From Trypethelium eluteriae (Eukaryota): a stretch of DNA of 33,867 bases. Made by a program: the position numbers and the translations under genes. The notes beneath the pieces were generated by a model. The model saw only the letters and a list, made by a program, of their open reading frames with translations, was not told the origin of the DNA and did no database searches. Shown here in pieces: positions 11,801 to 23,044 of this stretch (positions are counted from its first letter, which is position 1; each line of letters begins with the position of its first letter). The DNA lies in contig JAVECL010000240.1 of assembly GCA_051942245.1 (NCBI GenBank), positions 1 to 33,867 of the forward strand, written 5' to 3'.

Positions 11801-14800
11801 CCGTGTCCTTCAGAACTTGATCCCAAAAGGGAAGACTCAGGGATGGACTGGATTTTCTCTCATTTTCTTCGCTGAGCCACCAGCCAGGGAGCAGCCCAAA
11901 GACGAACTGTAGATCCAACTGATCTTGGGTTGTTTCTACCATCAGAATGCGCCCGCCCGGCTTCAGCAGCTTGCGCACATTGGCCATGGTGTTAGCCATA
12001 GACTTGGTCGCGTGCAAGACTTGGCAGGCAATGACTATATCGTAGCTACAATTCTCGAACCCTTGGCTGGCTGGGTCTTTTTCGACGTCGAACTTGCTGT
12101 ACTGCATTATCTCATTCCATTCCGAGAACTCGGATATCGCCGCCTCAAAGAACGCCGGCGAAATGTCAGTGAAATGGTACAGCGAGGCCATCGGACCCCC
12201 AGTGTGAACCATACCCAAGGCATTGAGCGCGTAGCGTGTCTCGCCGCCAGTACCACCACCGATTTCCAGAATGCGCGAGCGCGGATTCTTATGTACAAGT
12301 GACCGCAATAGACTAGCCGCCTGATGAAAGGAGCGATGCCCCTTGAGCATGTTGCTATAGTACTTGTAGAGCAGCTTACCTTCCATCATCAATTCAAGGG
12401 CCGGGGTATCGCGACGTAGAATGGCAGCTAGATAAGGACCCAAACGGCACACCATTTCACCGTTGACGCTAGCCGTGGCTACTTCATGCATTCGCCTGCG
12501 ACGTTCCGAGCCGTTGTCCAGCGTCCACTGCGCGCTGTCGGGACCAAGCTTGCCATCTTTTGCCAGCTGAAGTTGGTCCTGGAGCCACCTATAGTATTTC
12601 TCGAGATGACCGTCCAGCTGCTCTATGTCGGGCTTGGTCACTGCCGCGAGCGCATCGTGTATGAAATATATGCAGATCCGGCGTAGGTCCATGACTATTT
12701 GAGCTTCCTTTGGGTCGGGAGGGCTGCGTAATTGGTGCTTAAGAGTCTGTAGATTTGTCGTAGTAGCAAGAGACATGTCCATTGCCCATTCCACTTTGTT
12801 GCATATTTCCGTCTCCCACGGCTTCGATTGTAGCCTCCCAGGGCCGGCATTTGCGTCTCCAATCGCCGTCAGAGCCAAGCCCTCCACCTTCAGAACTTCG
12901 TATGCGGTCTCACTGGTCTTGTCTCCATCATCCGCGACTGAGATATTGACCTTCGTACATCGGGCATCATTGCGGCTGCACGAATTTTGGGCCTTGAATT
13001 GGTGTCCAGGGTCATGGGGAATATCTCTTGACACCCACAACTTCGAGATGAATTGTGGTACTTTGGTGCTGCTCCCGCCGAGCTGGGCCGCAGTTAGAGT
13101 GGTGTAACCCCCTTGCATAGCTGAGTCGAGCGTGGTTGGGTGGAGAATATGGCTAGGAGACAGGGATTTGGGCACTATCGTGTCGGCCACGCGAAATGTA
13201 GTTTCAGACAGCTCGGAGTTGCTCACTTGGAGCACCGTCTTGATGTTCTGAAAGGTGGGTCCGTACCTGATACCTAAGGCTCGCATACTGCTGTAAAAGT
13301 CATTGGAGTCAACGGCGCGAGCTGAGTTTATCGATGATCTTTTCCTAAACCCACTTATGGCAACCTTGGACATATCAGCCCCGTCGCCAAAGTCAACTGA
13401 GATCATGCCTGTTGCATGTTCGGTCCATTGAGTACTTGCTGATGTAATAGAGGAGATTGCGAACTGCATCCAACCCTGCAAGCCGATTGCTTTCTCGTGG
13501 ACGGAGGTGAGAGTAGTCTGAATTTCAAGACTTTCGCCGACGTCAGGTACGATCAGGGCCTGTTGGAATTCAATGTCTCGCAGGCGGTACCCGAGGATGT
13601 TCTTATCAGTCTTCTGAGCCTTAGTAATTTGGGCCATGGCCTCGATTGCCCGACAGATAAACCCGGCGGCAGGATACAAGGTAGTGGAGTCTACAATATG
13701 GTCTCTAACCCACGGTGCATCGTCGATACGGAAGAACTGTCTCCAGCATGGGATTTGCGGAGTTGCCCAGGGCTCAAGCGAGCCCAGTAAGTCATTAGAC
13801 GGCTGTGATCTCTCACGGATAGCTTTATTGATCCGCGACTCCTGCCAGTGTCGAGTTTTGTGATCCCAAGGGTAGGAAGGAAGGTCGGTTAGGACGCGGA
13901 TGTGTGGCCACTTGTCCCAAGGGAAGTTAATGGGTTCTAGATTGATCGGATAGCCCTCGCGCAACAGGCTTGCGATAAGATCTTGGATACTGTCCCTTGC
14001 GTTGGTGTTGCGCAAAAGGCAGCTGTAGTATGATATCTGAATGCCGTTGAATTCCGGAAGCCGCATAGTCTCCTTGATAGGACCACCAAGAGCCGAGTGC
14101 GGGCCGATCTCGATGATGGCGTCGACGCTGGTACCGGAAGGACTCAAGTCTCCCAGCACCATGTCTAATATGGCGTCAACGAAGCGCACCGGCTGTGTTA
14201 GGCTCTCAACCCAATGCTCCGGCTGAGCTAGTCTGTCGACGCTATGAATGCGACCACCAGTGACTGCCGAGGAGAATGAAACAGAATCGAGAGTAACAAT
14301 CTCTGCAGATCGAATCTGGTGGCAGTGAAGTGCTTTGCGGTAGGGTTCAGCAATTGGATTCATGTGATGTGAGTGATAGGCGGTGTCGACGCGGAGTATA
14401 CGAGCGAACACGCCGTCGGCTTTGACCATGGTCTCGATCTCCTGCACTGCAGAGACGTCGCCGGCAACTGTGACGCTACATGGGCTGTTGATACAGGCGG
14501 CGACAGCCCTACCATTCTTCAGCCGGTCTAGATACGACTCGGTATCTTCAACGCCTGCGCCGATCGCGATCATGCCGCCTTTGGCGATCCCATTGCGATG
14601 GCTCTTATCGGCAGCGAGTATCGCACGATAATAGGCAACTGCCATTGCCGACTTGTAATCCAGCGCGCCGACTGCGTAGGCGGCGGCAATCTCTCCACTG
14701 GAATGACTTGCGATAGCGGTAGGCATGACTCCCCAAGCACGGAGCAGCCGCACCAGCGAGATCTGAAGGGCGACACAGATAGGTATGCTCATCGCAGTGT

Positions 14801-16878
14801 TGTTAACGTTGGTGCTATCGGCGTCGCGGTGAAGTTCTTCTAATAGCGACCAGTCTGCACCGAGCTCCTTTAGGTAGACCTCGCCTTTTTCAAGGGAAAT
14901 CTTGAAAGGAGGGTATGCAATTATGAGTTCCCGGCCCATAGCGTGCCACTGAGCCCCTTGGCCGGTGAACACCATACCAATTCTTGGAGATTGTGATACA
15001 CGGGTTGGCTTGAACTGTGGCGATTCCAATGCTTTAGTCACCACTTTGACGCCTCGAGAGAAGGGCACGCGGTATGCCGCAACCCAGGGAAATAAAGTAC
15101 GACGCTGCCCTAGAGTGTAGATGACGTTTTCCAACAACGCCTCCTCGTTGGCTACGTCCTCTTTGGTCTCTAAGTAGTCTTTCAAACTCGATACCATAGT
15201 TTTGCAGGCCTGTTCGCTCCTCGCGCTCAGAACAAGCACCTTTGTCTTGTATTTCTGCGACGGCTGCGGTGCTTCGCTGCGGGACAAGACGGAATCCGCG
15301 CTTTCCATAATGACATGGGCATTGGTGCCGCCGGCGCCAAAATTGTTGATCGATGCTCGTCGAGTGCCATGAGGGCCTAGTGGCCATTTTTCAGCCGTTG
15401 TCACCACCTTGAGGTTCGCAGATTCTAAGGGAACTTCTGGATTTGGTTTGTCGAAGTTGACGGATGGCGGGATTAGCCCATTCTCCATAGCTAGCGTCAC
15501 CTTGATAATAGCAGCCAGGCCGCTCGTGACCTCCGTGTGGCCGACGTTTGTCTTGATGGAGCCGATACGTAGAGGTTGACTCGCTGGCCTGCCAGACTTG
15601 AAGACTGTAGCAACAGCACTTGCTTCAATAGGGTCTCCGACCTTGGTGCCAGGACCGTGGGCTTCGAAGTACTGCGTGTCTCGCGGATCGAGTCTCGCCC
15701 TATGGTAGCAGTCGCGCATCAGCGCTGCTTGTGCAGCCTGGCTGGGCGACGTTATGGTGTCTGTTCTGCCATTCTGATTAACAAGCGTCTCGCGGATAAC
15801 GGCACGCACTGGATCGCCCGCCGATAGCGCATCCTTTAAGCGCTTAACAACTAAAGTCGCCACACCTTCACCGCGGCCGAAACCATTTGCTCGTGCATCA
15901 AAGGCAAAAGACTTGCCGTCAGCGGACAAGAAACTGGACGAAACGGTCAGCAGGGAGAATTAGCCACTCGCACACAGTTCGACAGGAGAAGACATATCGG
16001 GTGGAAGAACAACTTACCCCGCAGATCCTAATCCCACGAAAGTGTCCGGATTCAGTGTCAAGTTCGAGCCTCCAACTATGGACATGGATGCTTCCCTACT
16101 CCGCAGACTCTGCACAGCCTGGTGAAGCGCTACCGCACTAGTTGAGCAAGCCGTGTCGAGCGTCACACTTGCTCCTCGGAGGTCAAAGAAATGAGAGATC
16201 CTGCCCGCCAAGAATGTGCCACCTGTTCCGGTTTCAATAGACCTTGGTAGGTTTTGCCCGTCACGAATCATGCCATCTCTATAATCGTTCTTCCACAATG
16301 ACGCAAACACTGATGTGTCGGAGCCCGCAACGTAAGACATGGGAAGGCCGGCTACGATTCGTCAGCGGTCGCTTCAGTGCCACGAAGTACCCGAGAGGCT
16401 TCATTTCTCACCATTCTCCAGTGCCTCATACACGGACTCCAGCTGAAGGCGGAATTGAGGGTCGAGCGCCTGCATGCACAATGCATCAGCACTCAGGATA
16501 GTAGTACATTTAACCGCAAGATCTCACCGCCGCGAGTTCTGCAGAGATGTTGAAAAATGGGGCGTCAAAATGTGCAATATCCTCTTGTAAGAAATGACCG
16601 CCCCGAATGTGCATCTGTGAGCATCACCATGAGCATCAGCACCCTCACCCATTGCCTCCTTTGATATCGGGCGAACACACAGTATCGAGCTTCTCTGGGT
16701 CTGGATGGAAGAAGCCTTTCAAGTTGAATCTGGATGAAGGAACTTCCGACCAGGCGTTTCTCCCCTCTACCAACATCCTCCACAGTTCCTCAGGATTGCG
16801 AGCGTCTCCAGCAAACTTGCAACTGAGGCCAACGATAGCAATAGGCTCGCCAGCTGCCTCCATGTTATTGTCGCCCAT
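8820..16878 (-). CDS. Highly reducing iterative type I polyketide synthase KS-AT-DH-cMT-ER-KR-ACP, ~2576 aa
   Basis: Exons 16878-16681, 16614-16528, 16469-16412, 16351-16018, 15933-9723 and 9662-8820 (7731 nt, all GT..AG, in frame). [70 protein letters not shown]. c[72 protein letters not shown]. No TE or R domain. Confidence 0.97.
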
Positions 16879-17171
16879 CTTCGCCTTTTGTCTTGTAGTA
16901 TCTGCTTCTCTTTGCAACGGGTAAGCAAAAACAAGTCAATATGCTACAAATACAAGGAGTTGGAGCAGTGGTAAGAAAAGCTCGATAGAGGCGAAATTGA
17001 AGCTGAAGGGATTCGATATGTGCAGGCAAAGTGCAGACGTCATTATCTCCTATTCCAGAGACAGTGTGATGATAGCGTGCACAATACTATAGCCTAATTT
17101 TGATTAGACACCGGCATGTAAACAACAGACATTAGAATCGATGTGCATTTGCACTGATTGGGAACGCGAGA

Positions 17172-17222
17172 AAAAGTCCGGCAGGTCGGACGTTCCAAAG
17201 CTAGCAATCTAAAGTAAGTCCG
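17172..17222. promoter_or_regulatory. Candidate Zn2Cys6 sites in the PKS/hydrolase divergent promoter
   Basis: AAAAGTCCG at 17172-17180, overlapping the everted repeat GTCCG-N6-CGGAC (17176-17191); GTAAGTCCG at 17214-17222. Confidence 0.35.
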
Positions 17223-17585
17223 GGGAGATGGGGACGTGCAATCACCATGATTTTGCCATTTCGGTACGTACCTTATTTGACCAACGTCTGTTAATATGTG
17301 GTACCCTTTGCGGATCGTTCAGATGAATGTAGCGAACCCAGGAACTCAACAGTAGAGCCTAGCCCGCGCTGTCCCGTTGCTGTTACCTCTAGCGAGCCAG
17401 ATACTCCGTATTTCTGAATGGGGCTCCGCGATGCTGATCACTTGGAATGACGGTGCTGCTTGGCCATTCATGGCCCATAGTACGCCCCCTCGCCATCGCT
17501 CTCTCTTTTTTAATGGCCATCACCACAACTACCACCAGCACCACGTCCAATCCTCCATCAAACCTCTAAACTCGAACATGACCCA

Positions 17586-18449
17586 ATGCCGCCGTCAGTC
17601 GCCCCATCAGACAGCGTCCCGACCAGCGACCCAACCCTCAGCCTCCCCCGGATCCTATGCCTCCACGGCGGTGGCACCAACGCATCCATCTTCCGCGCCC
17701 AATGCCGCATCCTCCGGCGCCACCTCGAGCACTCTTTCCGCCTCGTCTTCCCCGACGCGCCCTACCTCAGCAAGCCCGGTCCGGACGTCACATCCGTCTA
17801 CGCAGACTGGGGCCCCTTCCGCAGCTGGATGAAGCCACAGCCTGACACCGCTACCGCGCCGACGCCATTCTCTATCCCTGTTCACCGCGCCCACGACGTC
17901 GTGATGCCGGTGCACGAGAGTGATGCGACGGAGGTGATCGCCGCGATTGACGCGTCGCTCGACGACGCTATGAGAGCGGATGATGAGGCTGGCGCGACGG
18001 GCGAGTGGGTGGGTCTGCTGGGCTTTAGCCAGGGGGCGAAGCTGGCTGCGAGTCTGCTCTTGCGGGAGCAGGACAGGATGGATAATGCAGGGTTGACGGA
18101 CCAGAGCCGATTGTTGAAGTCTAGTTCTAGTCGAGTGCCCATGTTCCGCTTCGCTATACTACTGGCGGGGAGGGGACCGCTTGTTACGCTAGATCCAGAG
18201 ATCCAGACTTTCGCGGAGAGCAAGGCAGAGGTTCAAGAGGCGATTTTGCAGCTGCCGACGGTGCACGTGCATGGTCTGCGAGATGAGGGGCTGAAGATGC
18301 ATAGGGAGTTGCGAAATCGCTGTTGTACCAAGGAGAGCACGACGCTGGTGGAGTGGGATGGGGATCACCGTGTCCCAATTAAAGCTGAGGACGTAGAAGC
18401 TATTGTTGCTGCGCTGATGAGCACTCACCAGCAGTCAAGATCCTTGTAG
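17586..18449 (+). CDS. FSH1-family serine hydrolase/esterase, CitA(CtnB)/AfoC/AzaC-like, 287 aa, intronless
   Basis: LPRILCLHGGGTNASIFRAQCR; SVYADWGPFRSW; DDEAGATGEWVGLLGFSQGAK (GxSxG nucleophile); LPTVHVHGLRD (Asp); WDGDHRVP (His). Confidence 0.93.
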   Translation: MPPSVAPSDSVPTSDPTLSLPRILCLHGGGTNASIFRAQCRILRRHLEHSFRLVFPDAPYLSKPGPDVTSVYADWGPFRSWMKPQPDTATAPTPFSIPVHRAHDVVMPVHESDATEVIAAIDASLDDAMRADDEAGATGEWVGLLGFSQGAKLAASLLLREQDRMDNAGLTDQSRLLKSSSSRVPMFRFAILLAGRGPLVTLDPEIQTFAESKAEVQEAILQLPTVHVHGLRDEGLKMHRELRNRCCTKESTTLVEWDGDHRVPIKAEDVEAIVAALMSTHQQSRSL

Positions 18450-18899
18450 GCTCATCAATTTTTTCTACCGGTAGCCATTGTTGCGAAAGCGATCAGAAAT
18501 ATAGTTAGATCGTGAATTTGCAGATTGTGGGTACGGTGCTCTCTTGGATGGCAGTGTAAGGAGCAGGAAGCCAACATGGTTATATCAGAGCATGTAGTTG
18601 GGTTCCTTTTCTTTTCCGTATGGAGATGTGCCGGCGGGCGTCGAAGCAGATTGAATATGCTGCAGGTGGCACTTTCGGGCACTTCAGAATATCCGGACCG
18701 GGCTGCATACGCCAATGATTCCATCCCAAATCCAGACCTTGCTTGGTACGACAACAGATGTCCGGTGCCATTACTTGTCGTGGGCAGAGAGTATCTTTGG
18801 TCAGTGAGGAACAGTCTTCGAGTTTGACTGGTCTTCTGAAAACTATCCTGTGCTTAGCTCGCTCGGAAAGGGCTCATAAAAGAGATGTTTTCAGAAGCA

Positions 18900-19179
18900 T
18901 CCTTGCAGGCGAGCGTCGTGCGGTTGGTCAGTTACCGTCTTTGGTGTCGGCCATTGCAGGACCAGTTAAGAATTCAATGTTCAAGTTTTGCATGCAGGTG
19001 ACGACATCGTCAACCAAATTTGTTCCATTGCTAATTTCAGTGTCAAGAGAGATCCCAAGTGCTAGACAGCTAAGTGCGGTTGCGGCGGAACTCTGCTTGG
19101 GCAAGTTCAAATACCTTGATGTGAACCATCCACGATGATACTTGGTTCCTTTGTAAGCGCCATGAGAGTTCGTAGGCAG
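18900..19179 (-). pseudogene. Possible type-B carboxylesterase internal fragment
   Basis: Open stretch LPTNSHGAYKGTKYHRGWFTSRY..ATALSC..VDDVVTCMQNLNIEFL..DGN*PT loosely matches the carboxylesterase FHRAI.QSG / A..LGC / V.CLR / W.P..DG pattern. No start codon or catalytic Ser motif nearby. Confidence 0.3.
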
Positions 19180-19780
19180 CTACGGTTAAAATTGAAGCAG
19201 TGTTGACTGGGCTCATTAGCGATCCCATATAGTTGCAGGACTGTAATTGTCGTTCCTCTGCCTAAGACTCTTAAAAGATCTCAGTCACATCTTCCGTGCG
19301 CTGAGTAGACGGTCGTCGGTCAAAGCGACTGCACTTTCAGATAAATATTGGGTAATGAGCCTGACTTTCTGGAGTGCTATATATGTGGTGTGCTCTTGGT
19401 TTGTGGATGGCCTTCGGCGTCTTCGGTGGCCAGAAGTTCAGCGATTAGATAATCACCACTTTGGATTAGCTCATCCGGTGCCGGTCGGGTTTTGTTTATT
19501 TGACCTCTGCTACAGCTCGCACCACTCTCTACCGACAAACATGCCTGGATGACGCTGGACTCAAGTATCACGACATCCTAATGTCCTCAGCTTTCCAGAT
19601 TATAGTGCGGGAAAGCTAGACTAAATTGATCGCACCAACATCTACCGCGTCAATACACCATTCCGTCATGCATCGTCAGATTAGTCTATGTATTAAGCTA
19701 CGGAATTCTTTCAGGCAGCATGCGATAACTTCAAATCTCTCATTGGCTTATGCTGTCAATATCTTACCAGGCCCATGCAC

Positions 19781-20705
19781 TCATCCGTCGTATTTCAGTT
19801 GGTAAATTCCTCTCCCCGTATGTAAAATCCTCTCTCGCAGTGCAGTGGGAATCAGCCATGAGAGAATACTGGCTCTGCCTGCCTCACCGCCGCGCCAAAC
19901 TTGCCCACGGCGTCCTACTAACGTGTCCTTGACGAGACTGCGCGCAGTGACATCGACCGGCTCGTTGAGGGACTCCTGCATTTCGCCTCTAGATTGCTTC
20001 TTGATGGTCTCCTCGACAGGTTTGTAGTACGAGCCCGGAGGTAGAGAGACCTCGCGATTGTCGTTGAGCTGTGTTCCCATAGCGCCGACCATAGCCGTTA
20101 CAACTCGCACCCCCAATGGTGCTAATTCCAATTTGAGTGTTTCTGATATGAAAGTCATGGCGGCTTTCGAGCTATTGTACAGTCCTGTGCACTATGTATG
20201 AGGAAAAATGTAATTGAGGTTGCGGCATGAAGGCACGGTCCAAGAGGTAGTAGCTTCACGTACCTTGCCATGCCAGCGGAACTGCACCGGCAATGGAGGA
20301 GATGTTCAGAACGACACCCTTGGAATTAATGAGGAGAGGCGCGAACGACTGAGTCACAGCCAAAGGTCCCCACACATTGACATCGTAAGCTGCCTTGCCC
20401 TCCTCAATGGAAGCATGGATGAGCGGCCCATAGATGACGACACCGGCATTGTTAACCAAGACGTCAAGTTTACTGCCAGTTATATTGCGCACCTGCGTCA
20501 GGCATGACTCTATAGATTTCGAGGAGGCTACATCAAGGATGAGAACCTCAATGCCTTCTTCAGCTGCGAGGGCGCCTGCTTTGTGAGTATCGCGTACCGT
20601 TGCGAGCACGTGGAAACCTTGGTCGCGAAAGGTCTTGGCGAGGGCGCAACCAAGGCCCCCGGTACTACAGCCAGTTACGAGGACGTTCTTCTCCGTCTTT
20701 GCCAT
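19781..20705 (-). CDS. Short-chain dehydrogenase/reductase, Ayr1-like, ~281 aa
   Basis: Exons 20705-20264 and 20184-19781 (846 nt). Motifs TGCSTGGLG, LVNNAG, NISS, catalytic YNSSK (just after the splice junction), ELAPLGVRV. Confidence 0.92.
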
Positions 20706-20918
20706 TGTAATGAAAGAGATGGTCTATGGACAGCAGCAGGAGAGAATTGGAAGTAAGAATGGGCATGAGGCGATGGTGAGCATCATCAACCCGCAAACGG
20801 ATTCCGCCCCCGACCTCACAGGGATCCTTTTGCAGGTAATGAGAAACAAAACAAAAGTAAAACCCTGTGTTGCCCTCGACACCATTACTGAAATGCGGGT
20901 CAAGTAGAGTAGGTGGGT

Positions 20919-20957
20919 AAAATTCCGATAGAGGGCCAAAGGAGTTTCAAAACTCCG
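20919..20957. promoter_or_regulatory. Candidate Zn2Cys6 sites in the SDR/monooxygenase divergent promoter
   Basis: AAAATTCCG at 20919-20927 and AGGAGTTTCAAAACTCCG at 20940-20957. The latter has the same 18-bp GGA-N10-TCCG geometry as the site at 6049-6066. Confidence 0.4.
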
Positions 20958-21151
20958 GCCGTGGGCTGCCACATGCTTGATCAAAGAATGACCTCAAGAA
21001 ATACACTCGCAAAAAGAGACGCTAATCAGCAAGCACCACGGGCTTGTACCACGAAGCTATAAGGAGTTTAGCTTCGAATACGGGTCTACGAGGATCAATA
21101 GTCCTCGGCAACGCGCAGCATTTACACCTTCACCCATCTTCGACCTAAACA

Positions 21152-22715
21152 ATGGCCACCGCTACAGTACAGCCTGTGGATGGTCTTCATCCTCACGAGA
21201 AGCGAATGGATGGCGACGCTACCGACGGCTCATCACTCGATATTGCGGTTGTGGGAGCCGGTATCATTGGCGTGATAACAGCTCTTGGGTTGCTGCGTGC
21301 TGGACACAAGGTGACAGTATACGAGAAAGCGGACGACTATTTTGAGGTGGGGGCCGCGATGTCGTTCACTGGCGTAGCACGAGAGTGTATGGAGCGACTG
21401 AATCCGTGCATACTCGAAGCCCTCCAGCGCGTCGGCGAGGCTAACCGTCATCCGATGAATCGCTATTGGGACGGCTTCAACCCAGTCAGTATGGACGCAG
21501 CGCAGTCGGAGGAGTCGCTGTTATTCGAGCAGTCAGCGCGCGAATTGGACTACACAGGGTGCCTTCGCTCAGTGTATCTTCGTGAGATGGCCAAGTCATT
21601 GCCTGATGGAGTAGTCAAGTTTGGGATGTCCCTGGAGAGCTATTCGGAGGTGGCGGAAGGCGTTGAGCTTCAATTCGCTAATAACAGTACTGCCCAAGCA
21701 GATGCAGGTTTGTCTGTGTCCACTCTATTAGCAGCACATCGCTGGGTCCGGGTTTTATACAAGAGGATGTTTTGCTAAGAACGTTGTCTGGACAGTAATC
21801 GCCTGTGACGGTATTCATTCGAAAGCTCGACGACTCTTGCTTGGGGATGATAGCCCAGCGTCGCGGCCAAGCTTCACACACAAGGTCGCGTACCGCGCTA
21901 TCATCCCCATCGCCGATTCTATCGCCGCTCTGGGGCATGACAAGGCAAACAACCAATGCGCGCACATGGGTCCAAACGCCCACGCACTTTTCTTTCCGGT
22001 AATTTTCACACCCTACATTGCTTCGGTCTGACTGGTGGTGGAGTATTCGACGCTAGCATGTCCGAAAAATTGATTCTGACTGTTAACGGATATATAGGTC
22101 GCTCAGTGGACGCTGTCAAACGTATTCATCTTCTTGCACGACCCGAAACCGTGGCCGGACCCTCACAAGATGACTTTGGAGACAAAGAAGTCCGAGGTGA
22201 CCTCGGCCCTCAGCGAATGGGGCCCAAGCATTCGTGAACTGGTCAGAAGAATGCCCGAGCAAGTGTTTAAGTGGGCAATCTTCGACATGGCAGACCATCC
22301 TGCTGACAGGTACGCGCGGGGGCGCGTGTGTCTCGCCGGCGACGCCGCTCATGCCAGCAGTCCCTTCCACGGCGCCGGCGCGTGCATGGGTGTAGAGGAC
22401 GCTCTGGTGTTGGTCTCAGTACTGGAGGTCGCATTGTCCATGTCCAAATTGAGTGACCTCGGCAAAGCAGAGGCTGTGGGCGCGGCGTTGCAAGCATACA
22501 GTACAGTCCGCCTCGAGCGCTCGCAGTGGTTAGTTCAGAGCTCACGCGAGATGGGGGATATTTACGAATGGAGATATCCGCCTACGGGAAGTGATCCTGC
22601 GAAGATCAAAGCCGAGATCGAGAGTCGTTCGAGAAACCTCTGGGATTTTGATGTTGGGCGAATGCTGGCCGAAGCGAAAATGGAGTGTGAAGGGAGACTA
22701 AAGTTGGGTGGATAA
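21152..22715 (+). CDS. FAD-dependent monooxygenase, salicylate-hydroxylase family (TropB/AzaH/AfoD/SorC-like), ~458 aa
   Basis: Exons 21152-21707, 21796-21998 and 22098-22715 (1377 nt). Motifs IAVVGAGIIG, YWDG, YTGCLRS, VIACDGIHS, KVAYRA, HMGPNAHALFFPV, KWAIFD, GDAAHASSPFHGAGACMGVEDA. Confidence 0.94.
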
Positions 22716-23044
22716 GACAGGTTTCAATCTTAAGCGTAGCCTATCTACCTGAAGTTCAATATGTGAGGACTGTTAGTCTGTGTGTCAACGTTGGATGCTT
22801 TTGACTAAACGGGAGAGCTGCCTCCGACAGGATATAGAAAATATCAGGGCGCCGAATTTTACGCCTCCAAATCTACTTCAATAATTTGAGAAGTATCAGA
22901 GTATATCTTAATCTACTTTAGCTCAGAGGTTGGAACCATAAATGGAGAGAACAATGAATGCATAAAGCTAGATATGAATGCATAAGCATGATCAACACCA
23001 TTATATCCGTATCTGGGTATGTAAGGTAATTATGTCTAAGGACT

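Noticed and set aside
9674..16924. Many short ORFs overlapping or antisense to the PKS
   Set aside because: These are shadow ORFs of a long coding sequence; the spliced PKS model accounts for the region in frame.
17377..17845. His/Ser/Pro-rich ORFs overlapping the hydrolase 5' end
   Set aside because: Alternative frames of a C-rich gene plus a CAC/CCA-rich leader; no independent gene evidence.
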